IMG/VR virus record: IMGVR_UViG_2645727700_000001 | Location: 1 to 64,000 of that record | Length of the DNA: 64,000 nucleotides | Origin: a virus | Taxonomy: Duplodnaviria > Heunggongvirae > Uroviricota > Caudoviricetes > Schitoviridae | Strand: one strand, 5' to 3' | Shown: in pieces, positions 48,701 to 57,862 of the stretch | How the letters are laid out: the number at the start of each line of letters is the position of its first letter | How positions within the stretch are numbered: the stretch's first letter is position 1 | Notes under the pieces: generated by a model | Told to the model about the DNA's origin: nothing | The model's database searches: none | What the model saw: only the letters and a program-made list of their open reading frames with translations | Made by a program: the position numbers and the translations under genes

Positions 48701-51700
48701 GTAGACGCTGAGGATGCTATCCCTACTCAAGTGCGTAAGATGCTCGATGGTGTAGGTACGCCATACCGTACGGTTATTCAATCTCTTGGCCAACGTGCAG
48801 CACAGGCTTTACAGCTTAAAAGCGATAAAGATTCTGACCCTAATTATTTAGGCAAGATGGAAGCCTCGTTAGGTGCATTGGCCTTACATACACTGGTTGA
48901 TATGGGTTTAGTAAAAGAGACAGCTATCAAGTCTACTGACTTTGAACGTGCTAAATCTCAGGTGACTGGTAAAGCTCCGGAAGCCGTTGAAAATGCTCTT
49001 GAGACACACACTTTCATTGCCCCAAACCATGAGTCAAAAGGCGGGGAGATTGTACGCAATGCCCACATCGAGCAGATCTTGGAGCACAACAAAGGCACTC
49101 AGGGCATCCTAAGTGACATCTTTAGTACTGATAATGGTTTAGTGGCTCCGGCACTTGAGAAGCCGACAGCATTCACACAAACCACTATTAAGAATAGTAA
49201 GACTGAAATCCCTGAGTACACACGTCAGGCGTTGGAGAAAGCTCAACAACACCCGTATCGAGTACGTCCAGAGATGGTTCGTTTGTATCAAGGGCTTTAC
49301 AACCATGCACCGGAATCCCTTAAAAAGATTCTGGGTATTGATGACTCTAAGGCCAATATCGACAAGTTCCATATTACCCAACGTGAGAACATGAAAGCCA
49401 AGTTCGCTAATGAGTGGACAAGCTTGGAGCGTGGTCTTGATTTCATTAATGGTTTAGAGGTTAAAGATGGCGAGTTCCAACCGATCTACTTTGAACCGGT
49501 AGTATGGGCAAACCAACGTGTAGGCTTCAAATCAAACTTATTCAACATCCAGACTTCTCAGATTCATCGTTCATTGGCTGGTATGGCTGCTCACGAAACC
49601 AAGTTCACAAAAGGTATGTCTGCACTTGAAGATGGGAAGGCTACAGTTTATGGCCAGTTCCTTCGTGCGGTCGCTGCAGGTGCGGAAGATGTGAAAGGTA
49701 CACTTGTATTCCCTGAGGGCTACAAAGGTGGCAAGACCGTAGATAAAGCCCCAAGTGAAGTATTCCTTCCAGTATTCCAAGCATATTTAAATACTGCTCC
49801 GGTACGTGAAAGCATTGCAGCAATGCAACGTGTTCAGGCTGATGTAGATGTGCTTAAGATTCCAAACCCTAAGGATGTTGACTTGGTTGCAAAGCAAGTA
49901 GCTGAGATGGGAATGGGTCCGCATTCTGCATTGGCATTAAGTGAGTTGGCTCGCTTCATGGGTACAAAAGATGGTGCCGAGTTCTCTACTCATCTGGGTA
50001 TGGAAAGTGATGGTGTAACCAATGGCCCGGCAATCTCTAACTTGTTGTCAGGTACTTTGACTGCTGAATTGGCTATGCAGTTCGGTATGATTCCGAAGTC
50101 TGAAAACCAAGACATTAAGAACTACTTTGATGTTAAGACATCAGGCAAGGCTGACTATTACGAAGGCATTGGCCAGCTTCAAAAAGAGTTCATTGATCAG
50201 CTTAACCAGAATGAGTTCAGCAAGCATCGTGACGTTACTGCAGCAATGGATACCCTTGCAGGTCAGTTTGGTACACGTAATTCAGCCAAGAAGATTGCAA
50301 CGCCGTTCAACTACTCTGCAGGTTTCCCGTCTCTCAAAGCAGCAATTGCACGTGAGATGATTAAGGACATGTACAGTAACTTTGCCAAGACCGCAGAGGA
50401 AGCAAACTCTACTGACTCTGTTAAGGCTGCAAGTGCACAGCTCCGTGCCAACACTATGATTGATGCGATCAATACAGCGATTCGCTATAACAATACAATG
50501 AAGGGCACCAAAAAGGTCAGTGAGATTCGTACAAAGGTTGGTAATGCAGACGGTATCGTAGATGCTAAGCGCATGGCTGAATATGTACTGACTGCAGACC
50601 AAGTACGTGCACTGACAAAGGTGAGTGAAGTAACACACGGCGAAGCTTCCGAGCGTGCAATTAAGAAAGCTGCAGATGCATACATCAAGACCCGTGACTT
50701 GAACATTAAGATGCATAATGCAGCTTATGGTCTGTACAAGATCACACATGATGCATTGGTTCGTCAGGCTGAGAGTGCAGGTGCTAAAGACGGTACTTTG
50801 GCTTCAACTAAGTCTAAAACTCAGGATGGTAATGCCTATACCTTGTTGGAAGGTGTATCGCAGAATACCTTGGATAAAATCCAAAAATCACTTAAGCCGT
50901 ATGCACCGGTGATCGTTTCTGCCATGGGCAACAAGTCTTCTAACAAGATTGAGTCTGGCCTATTCCTTTCTGATATGAACACTCAGTTCTCACGGGACAG
51001 TAAGAATCAGGTTAAGTCACTTGTGTCCCCTCAAAATGGTAAGACTAAAACCAAGACCTATAACACAGGCGTATTGGAACGTGTTGAGACAAATCCGGGT
51101 GTACGTGGCAGTGCTATGTATGTGCAAGGCTCTGATAGTTACAACTCGGTAGGTACGGTTTCTAAGATCCCTACAACCAACTTGCATGATGCAAACATCG
51201 GTGCTGCAGATAAGATGCATGAGGTTGGTAAGATTCAAAACCAAGAGTTCTTTGATCTGGCAGTAGGTTATCGCTCCCAAGTTGAAAACTTCATGGCTTT
51301 GGTTCGCCCACTACAAGGCATGGTAGCTCTTAAAGATAAGACTCAATTCACGAAGGCTGAGTGGAATGATGTGAAGGCCACTTTTAATGGATTACGTCAG
51401 GCACTCGTTGATTCCGACATCATCAGTGAAGGTGATGTAAATCGTATGGATGCAGGCCAAGTACTCGCAGCAATGGCCAACGCCGTGTTTGCAAGTGAAG
51501 TTCGTAAAATTGAATCATTGCAGGGCATGTACAGTATTCACCAGTACGGTGCCGAAGGCGGTGAAGTAGTTCTCACAGACAAACACCATGCACAGTTAAA
51601 GGCTGAGCTTAAATCACTTGAACATGATCGGGCTGCTATGGCTGCAGACATGCATAAGCTTGCTGCAAAGTTACGTGAGGCAATGACAACTGAGTCTCGT

Positions 51701-54700
51701 AAAGACGTAGCTGAATCGATTAAAGATAAGTCTGCAGATGGCTCGGCCAATTTTGAGGATTTGGTTTCTATCAAGGATAACCGTACAGATCTTCAAAAGG
51801 GATTGGATGAGTACCAGGGCAAAGAAGTTCCATTGGATAAAGTGCTTGATCTGGTACGTGCAGAGGTTAAAGGCAACCATGTTCAAGAGCTATTATTCAA
51901 GACACTTGAAAAGGTTATCCCTAAAGACCTGAAAGTTGAGTATTCAACTGATTCATGGAAAGGGGAGAAAGGTGCAGCAGGCTGGTACAACCCAAAAGCT
52001 CACAAAATCACTGTACGCGCATTGGGTGATAAATATGCCAATGTTACTCCGGAGCTTTTCCTCCATGAGTTCATTCATGCCGCAACCGTTGGTGTCACGA
52101 CTAATGCTGCAAAACACGGCGAAGTTGCTGATGCAATCAACCGTATCGAGTCTCTCAGAAGTGAAGTGGCCAAACAGTTACCAGATCAATTCAGCGAAGC
52201 TCTTAAGAGTAAAGAGGAGTTCCTTGCTTGGGGCTTAACAAACCCTAAATTCCAAGATGCTTTAAAGACAATCATTGTACCTAAGGGTGATCGTTCACGT
52301 ACTGGTTTAGCGTCAGCGTTTAAAGTGTTCGTAACCAATGTTATGAAAGCACTATTCTCAGGTGAGAAACGTAAGCCAAATGCGCGTGAAATCTCAGCAA
52401 TGGAAGCTCTGATCATTGATGCTGCAGACGTAATGCAGTACACCGAGCAATCGAGCAATGTGAAGAATGAAAACTTAGAACTTCCATTCAACATGATCCC
52501 GAACACCAATGCCACACTTGAGAAAATGCGTACTGCAAAGGCAAGTGATGTAATGGGTGCGTTTGATGGCTCTCAGTTATCTAACGAGTTCAATACCCAC
52601 TTACAGGGTGTGATGGAAAAGTCTATCGACCGTTTATTCGATTCAATTGGTCGTGACCACTTACAAGACACTTTAGCGAAGCCAGTGGACTACAACCCAA
52701 GCGATATTGCTTCATTGTATGGTTTAACTGACCGCGAGGGTTATGTCGCAGAAGTGGTCGCTACAGTGGTTGATAGCATTCAGAACTCAGGACAACATAC
52801 ACCTGTGCTTAAACAGATGCATCAAGCATATCAGGATGCGCGTCAGAAGCTCTCTGCGGAAGATTTCCATGCAGGTGAATGGAACACAGCGACAAAGGCT
52901 GAGAAAGCCTTAGCACAGCGTAAATACGACCGTGTATTTAATCCTAAAGCAGCAGGGGATAAGAGTTCGTATCTGGCGACCTTCTTGGCATTGGCTGTAG
53001 GTAGCGAGAAGTTCAGTGCAAAATTAGACTTCACTACAGAACGTCAGGTGAAGGGTGAGCGTAGTTTGTTTGAACGTGCGGTAGACCTATTCAACTTTGC
53101 AATTGATTGGGTAATGAATCGTCTCGCAGGTGTACACCACACAGATAAGGTAAATGCAAAGACCACAGCTCTTTTAAATAGATTGGTTTCGTTGGACATC
53201 AGTAAGCGTCAACAAGCAGTTTCACGTTTTGACCGTGCATGGGAGACTTCTTTTGATGCTTTGGCAAAGGGTGGAAAACTTGGGGCTAAAGCGGTTGCAA
53301 GCGTTGCCAAAGCAACAGGTATGGAAAAGAGCCGTTACGCACCTATCCGTGTATTAGGCAAACTTGCCAATACTGCAGCACGTGATTCGGTCGATCAGTT
53401 ACCTCAGGTAGCAAAGGACTTCCGAGATCACAACTTCCCTAATCAACGTTTTGGGGAAATGTCTGAGCTTATGAATGAAATGACCAGCCCAAGTCAGTTC
53501 AAGCAGGTTATGGAAGGTATGCTCCGGGAAACAGTATCGATTCAAACAGAGCGTAAAAACTGGATTGATAACACCAAGAAGATGGTACTTAACGGCTTTA
53601 CAGACAACGGGGCAAACTTAACCAAGGAGCAGCATACAGCCGTAACTTATAGCTTACTCCGTACTGATGTTCGGTCGCTTCTTGATGGGCGTAAGTACTC
53701 GGATGTAACTAAGTTGATCACTGACGATAAAGCTCGGAGCTATGAAGCTCGTAAGCTAATCCGTGAGATTGAAAGTCTTGAGCCGAACATGGCCAATGAT
53801 ATGATCAACCGCACAAAAGATCTTGCTTGGTATATGGTCTCAGGTAAGTCTAGTGATGGCCTTGCTAAGAATGCCCAAGCTATTGCATCTGGTTTTGGTG
53901 GTCAGATTACGAAAGCAAGTGTTGAAGCCATTGACTCTAAGATTGTTAAGGCAGTTGACCAGCTCGCTACATTGTTTGCACTGGATTACACCAGTAAAGA
54001 GAATTTGGCTATTACTAAGGAGTTACTACAGTCTGAGTCTGCAGGTATTGAAGGATTGATTAAGATGCATGGTTTTGCTGCAAAAGACTCACAAGGGTTA
54101 TTTGCAGACAACTCTACATCAATGGTCAAAGGGTATTTACCTGAGATTACACATACTTACCGTGAGGCTCGTCAAGCGCATGTCTCAATGACTAAGGAAT
54201 TAGAGAAAGAAGGATGGGTAAGAGTTGGTGAGTTAGAGCGTGACCCATTAGATACTTATGGTACAGATCAAGCACTCTTTGTTTTGAAGGATGGGGGAGA
54301 GCAACGTATCGTGTCAGGGGCAATGACTTTCGATAATACACATCGTAAAGGTTCAGTTGTTTCAGATGGTCGCTCAGGCACTATTACAGCAGAGTATAAG
54401 AATGCCTTGAAAGACCGCGTGAATGCACGTGCTAATACGCCACATCGTTTGTATGACCCGCGTACTGCAAAAGGTGGTCGTATGACTCCGGTTTACGACA
54501 CTAAAGGCCAGATCACAAATTTCACTTATGAAATGAACAATGCAAACCGTGACGAACTACTTGTCCGTAACAACAACTTTGCAGATCTGCTTGGTGCATA
54601 CGTTGGTAACAATGTAAGTACGGCCCCAACTACGAAGCAGAACAAGGACATTGCTAATGCGATGTTTGATGACTATGAAGCTAACTTTGCCAAAAACCCT

Positions 54701-55876
54701 AAATCTTATGTAGCTATCGGGCCTAACGTTCGTGACCCTCATTTGGCTGAGGTATGGCGGATGATGCCTTACGAAATTAAACAAGAGGTTGAGCGTTTGT
54801 GGGGTAAAGATAATCCAATGATGGTTCGCAATGACATTGTGAACATGGCTTTCGGATTCAAGAAGTACAGTATTGGGGAGATCTTCGATAAAGCTTCTGG
54901 GGAACGAAACTTCATGGAGAAGTTCTTTGCAACCACTATGAATGCTGTTTTCAATGATAAAGCTCAATTACGTGCTTATCAGGGGGAACGTGCTGTACAA
55001 GAAACTATCCGGTTAATTAAAGATGCCGTTGTAATTCGTACAATGTCGGTGATGTGGGGCAACATCAAGGCTAATGCTTTGTTGCACTTGGCCTATGGCG
55101 TAAACCCCTTAAATATTGCAAAAGACACGTCAACCGCTTTACGTGCAGGACTGTCCTACCGTAAACAACGTGCTTTACTAATCCAAGCCGAAGTCATGTT
55201 GAGATCTGAAACTAAAGATCGTGCAAAATGGGAAAATCAACTCGTTACTGCACAAGATGCCTTAGCTCGTAACCCACTACGTGAGTTCATTGAAGCAGGC
55301 ATGATGCCAAGTATTGTAGAAGATATTGCCATGAACGAAGCCAATTACAGTTATCAAACTGAGATCGGTGAGAAGTTAGATGGGCACATCAATAAAGTAC
55401 CTAAGTCTGTCCGTACTGCAGGTAAATGGTTGGCCGTATCACCAGATACACCACTCTATAAATTCCTGGCAGGTACTACACAGTACTCAGACTTTACGGC
55501 TAAGTACGTTCTGTATAAGCACAACATCTCTCGTAAGAAAGATCCTATGTCTCATGCAGATGCACTACAGGCAGCATCGGATGCATTCATTAACTACGAC
55601 ATCCCGACTTCTCGTTCGTTGCAGTATATGAATGATGTTGGTTTGCTGATGTTCACAAAGTTCCTGTTACGCTTCCAACGAGTATTGTTCTCGTTGATGC
55701 AGAAACAACCTGCAATGGTGCTTGCACAACACTATGCAACTGAATGGTTGACCAATACGCCTGGCGTACTTGAACCTTCAGTGATGAATCGGATTGGCGG
55801 CAATCCGCTACGTCCGAGTGTGCTGCAAGCTCCGGATGCGGTAACTGACATTGTGACACTTAAAACACTGTTTTAA
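45713..55876 (+). CDS. giant virion RNA polymerase (N4 vRNAP-like), about 3390 aa
   Basis: Central T7-like RNAP motifs: motif A MESDGVTNGPAISNLL (about 50000-50050), motif B TRNSAKKIATPFNYSAGF (about 50275-50330), motif C TNLHDANIGAAD (about 51175-51215). Likely start MERLV with SD AGGAG 8 nt upstream; the track ORF starts at 45665. Confidence 0.85.
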   Translation: MERLVANPFMEKEEKVAAATASKVVRQGNFGITGNPLHNRIDSARQSLQRFDSFLEADRKKREQEANYTTPSDNLRRSSLTERAPSIARVYGSQAWATVKKGVAQAAGGLSAGWADQERMNIPRDVQDAYNRYKQTGLATNPEDVKLLHSPAYRQFQMGNIQGEKKPIEGKTFLEQLEGAAAYDKEAQRRVGDMRNGIPDMFDSHKRVNPLLQDERAQAMQRNRDKYNIGEQRAKADALEAQGETGKAKVVRALANFQQLAQDTIVAAQHPTALGQDLAAIAPYAVTGMAGATAGAGLQTQEDHINSKKQYTERTGIAIPSELDAAKMKGMAGLNFAANFAENMVVGNALKGGVTNMGKAYAANAAAGYTQSKIQTGAGALHFTNETDQEAIEAAALGGALAGGIAAPHATLQAAGKAADVVKEKAFKDVREQSAQQRATFEENIDPTSTNFNPSEAINKQTQIFGNKDASKDDLDLARTNAKDALQAAHDRYDALERNQQSISERLEDVNQYRQELADTEAALQADPNNAALSEFYDGLQDYIKEAEAQLTPEYLQSASDALKAASKHKDDAIAAYEAFNGLNEVKTDTKQSADVTTKHTETLTNEKASDAEKAKAAEHVTNYPMMYKPEDLLQIADDLSNHLTDAQRTTLRELSDLRVQEHMTKGLDGVSADIKKGSQNYKSLESYFVDRDRAIRLKDDSRLRQLSDQFDRLQASFEVKDRLASKLFDRSKETGGKYQVIRTEAGTWKINTGKLMSEAAITKNGGFTIHKGSEKLVNSIKTDAANVSKAHGLFQKLDSADFRSVVKSEIKAETGSTLPKQPEPVSVPTPLAVPKGEAVVPNLKDVTPEVRKAERGKAFESRDLVKAHLKQKVSQDGTNPLIDIPDFRSAYDKAEDKRAFIDSQVKKPLSDKQHTQVQHFNEFTKGYDSALTKLFTPKTGDKAKYNYQDMAQFLAADGKLPENTRTALAVGAYQWLIENGATTRTTDADIARLLHVDAEDAIPTQVRKMLDGVGTPYRTVIQSLGQRAAQALQLKSDKDSDPNYLGKMEASLGALALHTLVDMGLVKETAIKSTDFERAKSQVTGKAPEAVENALETHTFIAPNHESKGGEIVRNAHIEQILEHNKGTQGILSDIFSTDNGLVAPALEKPTAFTQTTIKNSKTEIPEYTRQALEKAQQHPYRVRPEMVRLYQGLYNHAPESLKKILGIDDSKANIDKFHITQRENMKAKFANEWTSLERGLDFINGLEVKDGEFQPIYFEPVVWANQRVGFKSNLFNIQTSQIHRSLAGMAAHETKFTKGMSALEDGKATVYGQFLRAVAAGAEDVKGTLVFPEGYKGGKTVDKAPSEVFLPVFQAYLNTAPVRESIAAMQRVQADVDVLKIPNPKDVDLVAKQVAEMGMGPHSALALSELARFMGTKDGAEFSTHLGMESDGVTNGPAISNLLSGTLTAELAMQFGMIPKSENQDIKNYFDVKTSGKADYYEGIGQLQKEFIDQLNQNEFSKHRDVTAAMDTLAGQFGTRNSAKKIATPFNYSAGFPSLKAAIAREMIKDMYSNFAKTAEEANSTDSVKAASAQLRANTMIDAINTAIRYNNTMKGTKKVSEIRTKVGNADGIVDAKRMAEYVLTADQVRALTKVSEVTHGEASERAIKKAADAYIKTRDLNIKMHNAAYGLYKITHDALVRQAESAGAKDGTLASTKSKTQDGNAYTLLEGVSQNTLDKIQKSLKPYAPVIVSAMGNKSSNKIESGLFLSDMNTQFSRDSKNQVKSLVSPQNGKTKTKTYNTGVLERVETNPGVRGSAMYVQGSDSYNSVGTVSKIPTTNLHDANIGAADKMHEVGKIQNQEFFDLAVGYRSQVENFMALVRPLQGMVALKDKTQFTKAEWNDVKATFNGLRQALVDSDIISEGDVNRMDAGQVLAAMANAVFASEVRKIESLQGMYSIHQYGAEGGEVVLTDKHHAQLKAELKSLEHDRAAMAADMHKLAAKLREAMTTESRKDVAESIKDKSADGSANFEDLVSIKDNRTDLQKGLDEYQGKEVPLDKVLDLVRAEVKGNHVQELLFKTLEKVIPKDLKVEYSTDSWKGEKGAAGWYNPKAHKITVRALGDKYANVTPELFLHEFIHAATVGVTTNAAKHGEVADAINRIESLRSEVAKQLPDQFSEALKSKEEFLAWGLTNPKFQDALKTIIVPKGDRSRTGLASAFKVFVTNVMKALFSGEKRKPNAREISAMEALIIDAADVMQYTEQSSNVKNENLELPFNMIPNTNATLEKMRTAKASDVMGAFDGSQLSNEFNTHLQGVMEKSIDRLFDSIGRDHLQDTLAKPVDYNPSDIASLYGLTDREGYVAEVVATVVDSIQNSGQHTPVLKQMHQAYQDARQKLSAEDFHAGEWNTATKAEKALAQRKYDRVFNPKAAGDKSSYLATFLALAVGSEKFSAKLDFTTERQVKGERSLFERAVDLFNFAIDWVMNRLAGVHHTDKVNAKTTALLNRLVSLDISKRQQAVSRFDRAWETSFDALAKGGKLGAKAVASVAKATGMEKSRYAPIRVLGKLANTAARDSVDQLPQVAKDFRDHNFPNQRFGEMSELMNEMTSPSQFKQVMEGMLRETVSIQTERKNWIDNTKKMVLNGFTDNGANLTKEQHTAVTYSLLRTDVRSLLDGRKYSDVTKLITDDKARSYEARKLIREIESLEPNMANDMINRTKDLAWYMVSGKSSDGLAKNAQAIASGFGGQITKASVEAIDSKIVKAVDQLATLFALDYTSKENLAITKELLQSESAGIEGLIKMHGFAAKDSQGLFADNSTSMVKGYLPEITHTYREARQAHVSMTKELEKEGWVRVGELERDPLDTYGTDQALFVLKDGGEQRIVSGAMTFDNTHRKGSVVSDGRSGTITAEYKNALKDRVNARANTPHRLYDPRTAKGGRMTPVYDTKGQITNFTYEMNNANRDELLVRNNNFADLLGAYVGNNVSTAPTTKQNKDIANAMFDDYEANFAKNPKSYVAIGPNVRDPHLAEVWRMMPYEIKQEVERLWGKDNPMMVRNDIVNMAFGFKKYSIGEIFDKASGERNFMEKFFATTMNAVFNDKAQLRAYQGERAVQETIRLIKDAVVIRTMSVMWGNIKANALLHLAYGVNPLNIAKDTSTALRAGLSYRKQRALLIQAEVMLRSETKDRAKWENQLVTAQDALARNPLREFIEAGMMPSIVEDIAMNEANYSYQTEIGEKLDGHINKVPKSVRTAGKWLAVSPDTPLYKFLAGTTQYSDFTAKYVLYKHNISRKKDPMSHADALQAASDAFINYDIPTSRSLQYMNDVGLLMFTKFLLRFQRVLFSLMQKQPAMVLAQHYATEWLTNTPGVLEPSVMNRIGGNPLRPSVLQAPDAVTDIVTLKTLF

Positions 55877-55881
55877 TAAGC

Positions 55882-55910
55882 AAGGGAGCATTAGCTCCCT
55901 TCTTTTTTCT
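55882..55910. terminator. hairpin AAGGGAGC-ATTA-GCTCCCTT followed by CTTTTTTC; between the convergent vRNAP gene and the acidic-protein block
   Basis: perfect 8-bp stem plus T-run. Confidence 0.7.
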
Positions 55911-56055
55911 TACTTGTAGCCACTATGCATTGCCATAGTAGCCATCCAACAAATAAGAGTATTATTAATACAGCAATAGTCCTAAGTGCAGTCAGTGTGA
56001 CATAGAGTATGCCGAGGACACAGAGGATGAAGAAAATCCAAAGTGTCGTGTGCAT
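55891..56055 (-). CDS. small membrane protein (about 54 aa), TAATG-coupled to the upstream gene
   Basis: Manual translation MHTTLWIFFILCVLGILYVTLTALRTIAVLIILLFVGWLLWQCIVATSKKKEGS; below the ORF-track cutoff. Confidence 0.3.
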   Translation of the reverse strand: MHTTLWIFFILCVLGILYVTLTALRTIAVLIILLFVGWLLWQCIVATSKKKEGS

Positions 56056-56753
56056 TAGTCGTCAAAGATACCTTTAGTCGTTACTTTAGTTTCAGCTTCA
56101 CTTGTTAGTGTAGCAGATGCTTTTTGTGCAGGTACTTCATCAGCAAATAAGGCAGTAGTGTCTATAGCCGGTTTAGGCTTAACTTCTGATTCGGCATCAT
56201 CATCATCTGCAAATACAGATGAAGGGTTCGGTTTCACTTCAACTGGTTTGGCTTTCACAACAGGTTCATCGTCAAAGATTCCTTTTACCGATGTTGGGCC
56301 GTCATCTGGGCTTGGTTCATCTTCCTGTGGGCCTTCATCATCATCTAACTCGTCAGAGTGATGCAGTGCTTCTTCTACCACTTTGTTTGCCGCTTCCTCT
56401 GCACGCTGTTTAGCTGCAGCTTCTTCGGCCATTTTCTTGCGATACGCGGCTACCACTTCATCAGGTACTTGAGTCGATTCCTCGGTAGGAGGTGTTTCAG
56501 CCGACTTTACTTCTTGCTCCTTTGGGGGAGGTGTATCCTTCTTGGCTCGGGATGGGCGAGTCCGTGGGGTACTGGCTTGTACGGCTGGGGCTGTATTGGT
56601 GTCTACCAGAATTTCCAACTCGTCTGGCAGTCCTTTTGTATCGACCAGATCTGCTTCGGTAATAGGGAAGCCATTCTTGGTGACGTACTCAGTAATAGCA
56701 GCCGTGATGTCGGCAAAAGTTAGAGTGATCTTGGCACGTGTTTGAATTTGCAT
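56055..56753 (-). CDS. acidic, Pro/Glu-rich disordered protein with repeated hydrophobic-F-D-D motifs and a C-terminal GIFDD
   Basis: 232 aa, low complexity; motifs GIFDD, VFADDDD, LFADE, GIFDD at the C-terminus. Confidence 0.5.
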   Translation of the reverse strand: MQIQTRAKITLTFADITAAITEYVTKNGFPITEADLVDTKGLPDELEILVDTNTAPAVQASTPRTRPSRAKKDTPPPKEQEVKSAETPPTEESTQVPDEVVAAYRKKMAEEAAAKQRAEEAANKVVEEALHHSDELDDDEGPQEDEPSPDDGPTSVKGIFDDEPVVKAKPVEVKPNPSSVFADDDDAESEVKPKPAIDTTALFADEVPAQKASATLTSEAETKVTTKGIFDD

Positions 56754-56841
56754 TGTTTAATCCTTTAAGAATTTGGTTTGATTTCAGAATTAAGTAAACG
56801 CTTTGCAAAGCCCGGGAAGATTTACTTAAGTTTGAAAACAA

Positions 56842-56859
56842 ATAGCCCCGAAGGGCTAT
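56842..56859 (-). terminator. hairpin ATAGCCC-CGAA-GGGCTAT with T-rich tail on the minus strand
   Basis: downstream of the RuvC-like gene. Confidence 0.55.
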
Positions 56860-56862
56860 CAG

Positions 56863-57426
56863 TTAAAGTACAAGGCGTGACTTGGCTGCATGAAGTGCAA
56901 TGACAGCATCAGCAATATGCTCTGCATCACTCATATTCACTAGCATTTCGCCGTGTCGCTTGTATCGAGGTAGGGGTACATCTGGGTGGTGTTCTTGCAC
57001 CCATTGAATCACTTCTTTTTTCGTGATGTTTAAAGCTGCATTCGACTTGGCATCCTTCTTACCGGTGATCACCGCTTTACCCTCAAGAGGTGTGGTAATA
57101 ACTGTACGAAGACCTGCTACTTGCAGGCAGGCAATTAAGCCAATGACAATGCCGTATGCTTTCATTGCTGCAGCGTTCTGACTACCCACAGGGCACTCAA
57201 TGGCTACAACATCAGCTTTCTTGGCAAAAGGATAAACTGCTTCAAAAAGTGTTTTGGCATCGTGAATGTCTAAGAGGTTTTGCCGTTGCTTAGATTCAGT
57301 ATTCTCGGTTGTGGCTAACAGAGATTCTCCGAGATGAAGCTCACCGGTCTCAGTGTCATAACCGCCACGAACCATGCCCCAATTTCTTAGGGCAGGGTCC
57401 ATGCCAACTACTTTGAGTATGGCCAT
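56863..57426 (-). CDS. RuvC-like Holliday junction resolvase
   Basis: VVGMDPALRNWG (RuvC GIDPGSRVTGYG), VVAIECPVGSQNAAAMKAYGIVIGLIA, and C-terminal HIADAVIALHAA (RuvC ADAADALAIAITHCH). Confidence 0.65.
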   Translation of the reverse strand: MAILKVVGMDPALRNWGMVRGGYDTETGELHLGESLLATTENTESKQRQNLLDIHDAKTLFEAVYPFAKKADVVAIECPVGSQNAAAMKAYGIVIGLIACLQVAGLRTVITTPLEGKAVITGKKDAKSNAALNITKKEVIQWVQEHHPDVPLPRYKRHGEMLVNMSDAEHIADAVIALHAAKSRLVL

Positions 57427-57797
57427 TACTCAGGAGCAGTTTCGTTAGTTGCTTCGTCTGGCACCAGTGTTGGTGCACGTACTACAGGTGGTTCTTGACC
57501 TGGAACGATTGGATTGCCTTCGGCATCAACTGGGAAGAAATCGAACGGGAGCTTATCAAAGAGTGTAGCGGCAACTTTTAAGCCTTCCATAAATGCTGCA
57601 CGTTCTGCACCAACAAGGATTTGTTCCACACCTGTTTTGTTGTCAGTCACCATTAACTGCTCATGTTCTGGGAAGTTAATCAGTTGCTCTAACTGTTGAT
57701 GTTTAGTAAAGAACCAATCACCTGTGATAGCTGCGAAGTGTTCTAAAGAAGTGATCTGTACTACACGTTGTTTAGGTGCTTGAGTTTGTTGTTCCAT
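57426..57797 (-). CDS. hypothetical protein
   Basis: 123-aa ORF, ATGA overlap with the resolvase. Confidence 0.4.
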   Translation of the reverse strand: MEQQTQAPKQRVVQITSLEHFAAITGDWFFTKHQQLEQLINFPEHEQLMVTDNKTGVEQILVGAERAAFMEGLKVAATLFDKLPFDFFPVDAEGNPIVPGQEPPVVRAPTLVPDEATNETAPE

Positions 57798-57827
57798 GGT
57801 TTCTGTCCAAAAATTGAGTAATAGAAA

Positions 57828-57847
57828 AGGGCACTCGTAGGTGCCCT
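57828..57847 (-). terminator. hairpin AGGGCAC-TCGTAG-GTGCCCT with TTTTCTATT tail on the minus strand
   Basis: downstream of the SSB-like gene. Confidence 0.6.
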
Positions 57848-57862
57848 AAATGGTGAAGGGGA

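Noticed and set aside
45834-56000. Many 60-155-aa ORFs on both strands inside the giant vRNAP gene (for example 50282..50749 minus, 54557..54967 minus)
   Set aside because: They are embedded in a continuous 10-kb ORF with clear RNAP motifs and have low-complexity, Cys/Leu-rich spurious-looking translations; treated as frame shadows.
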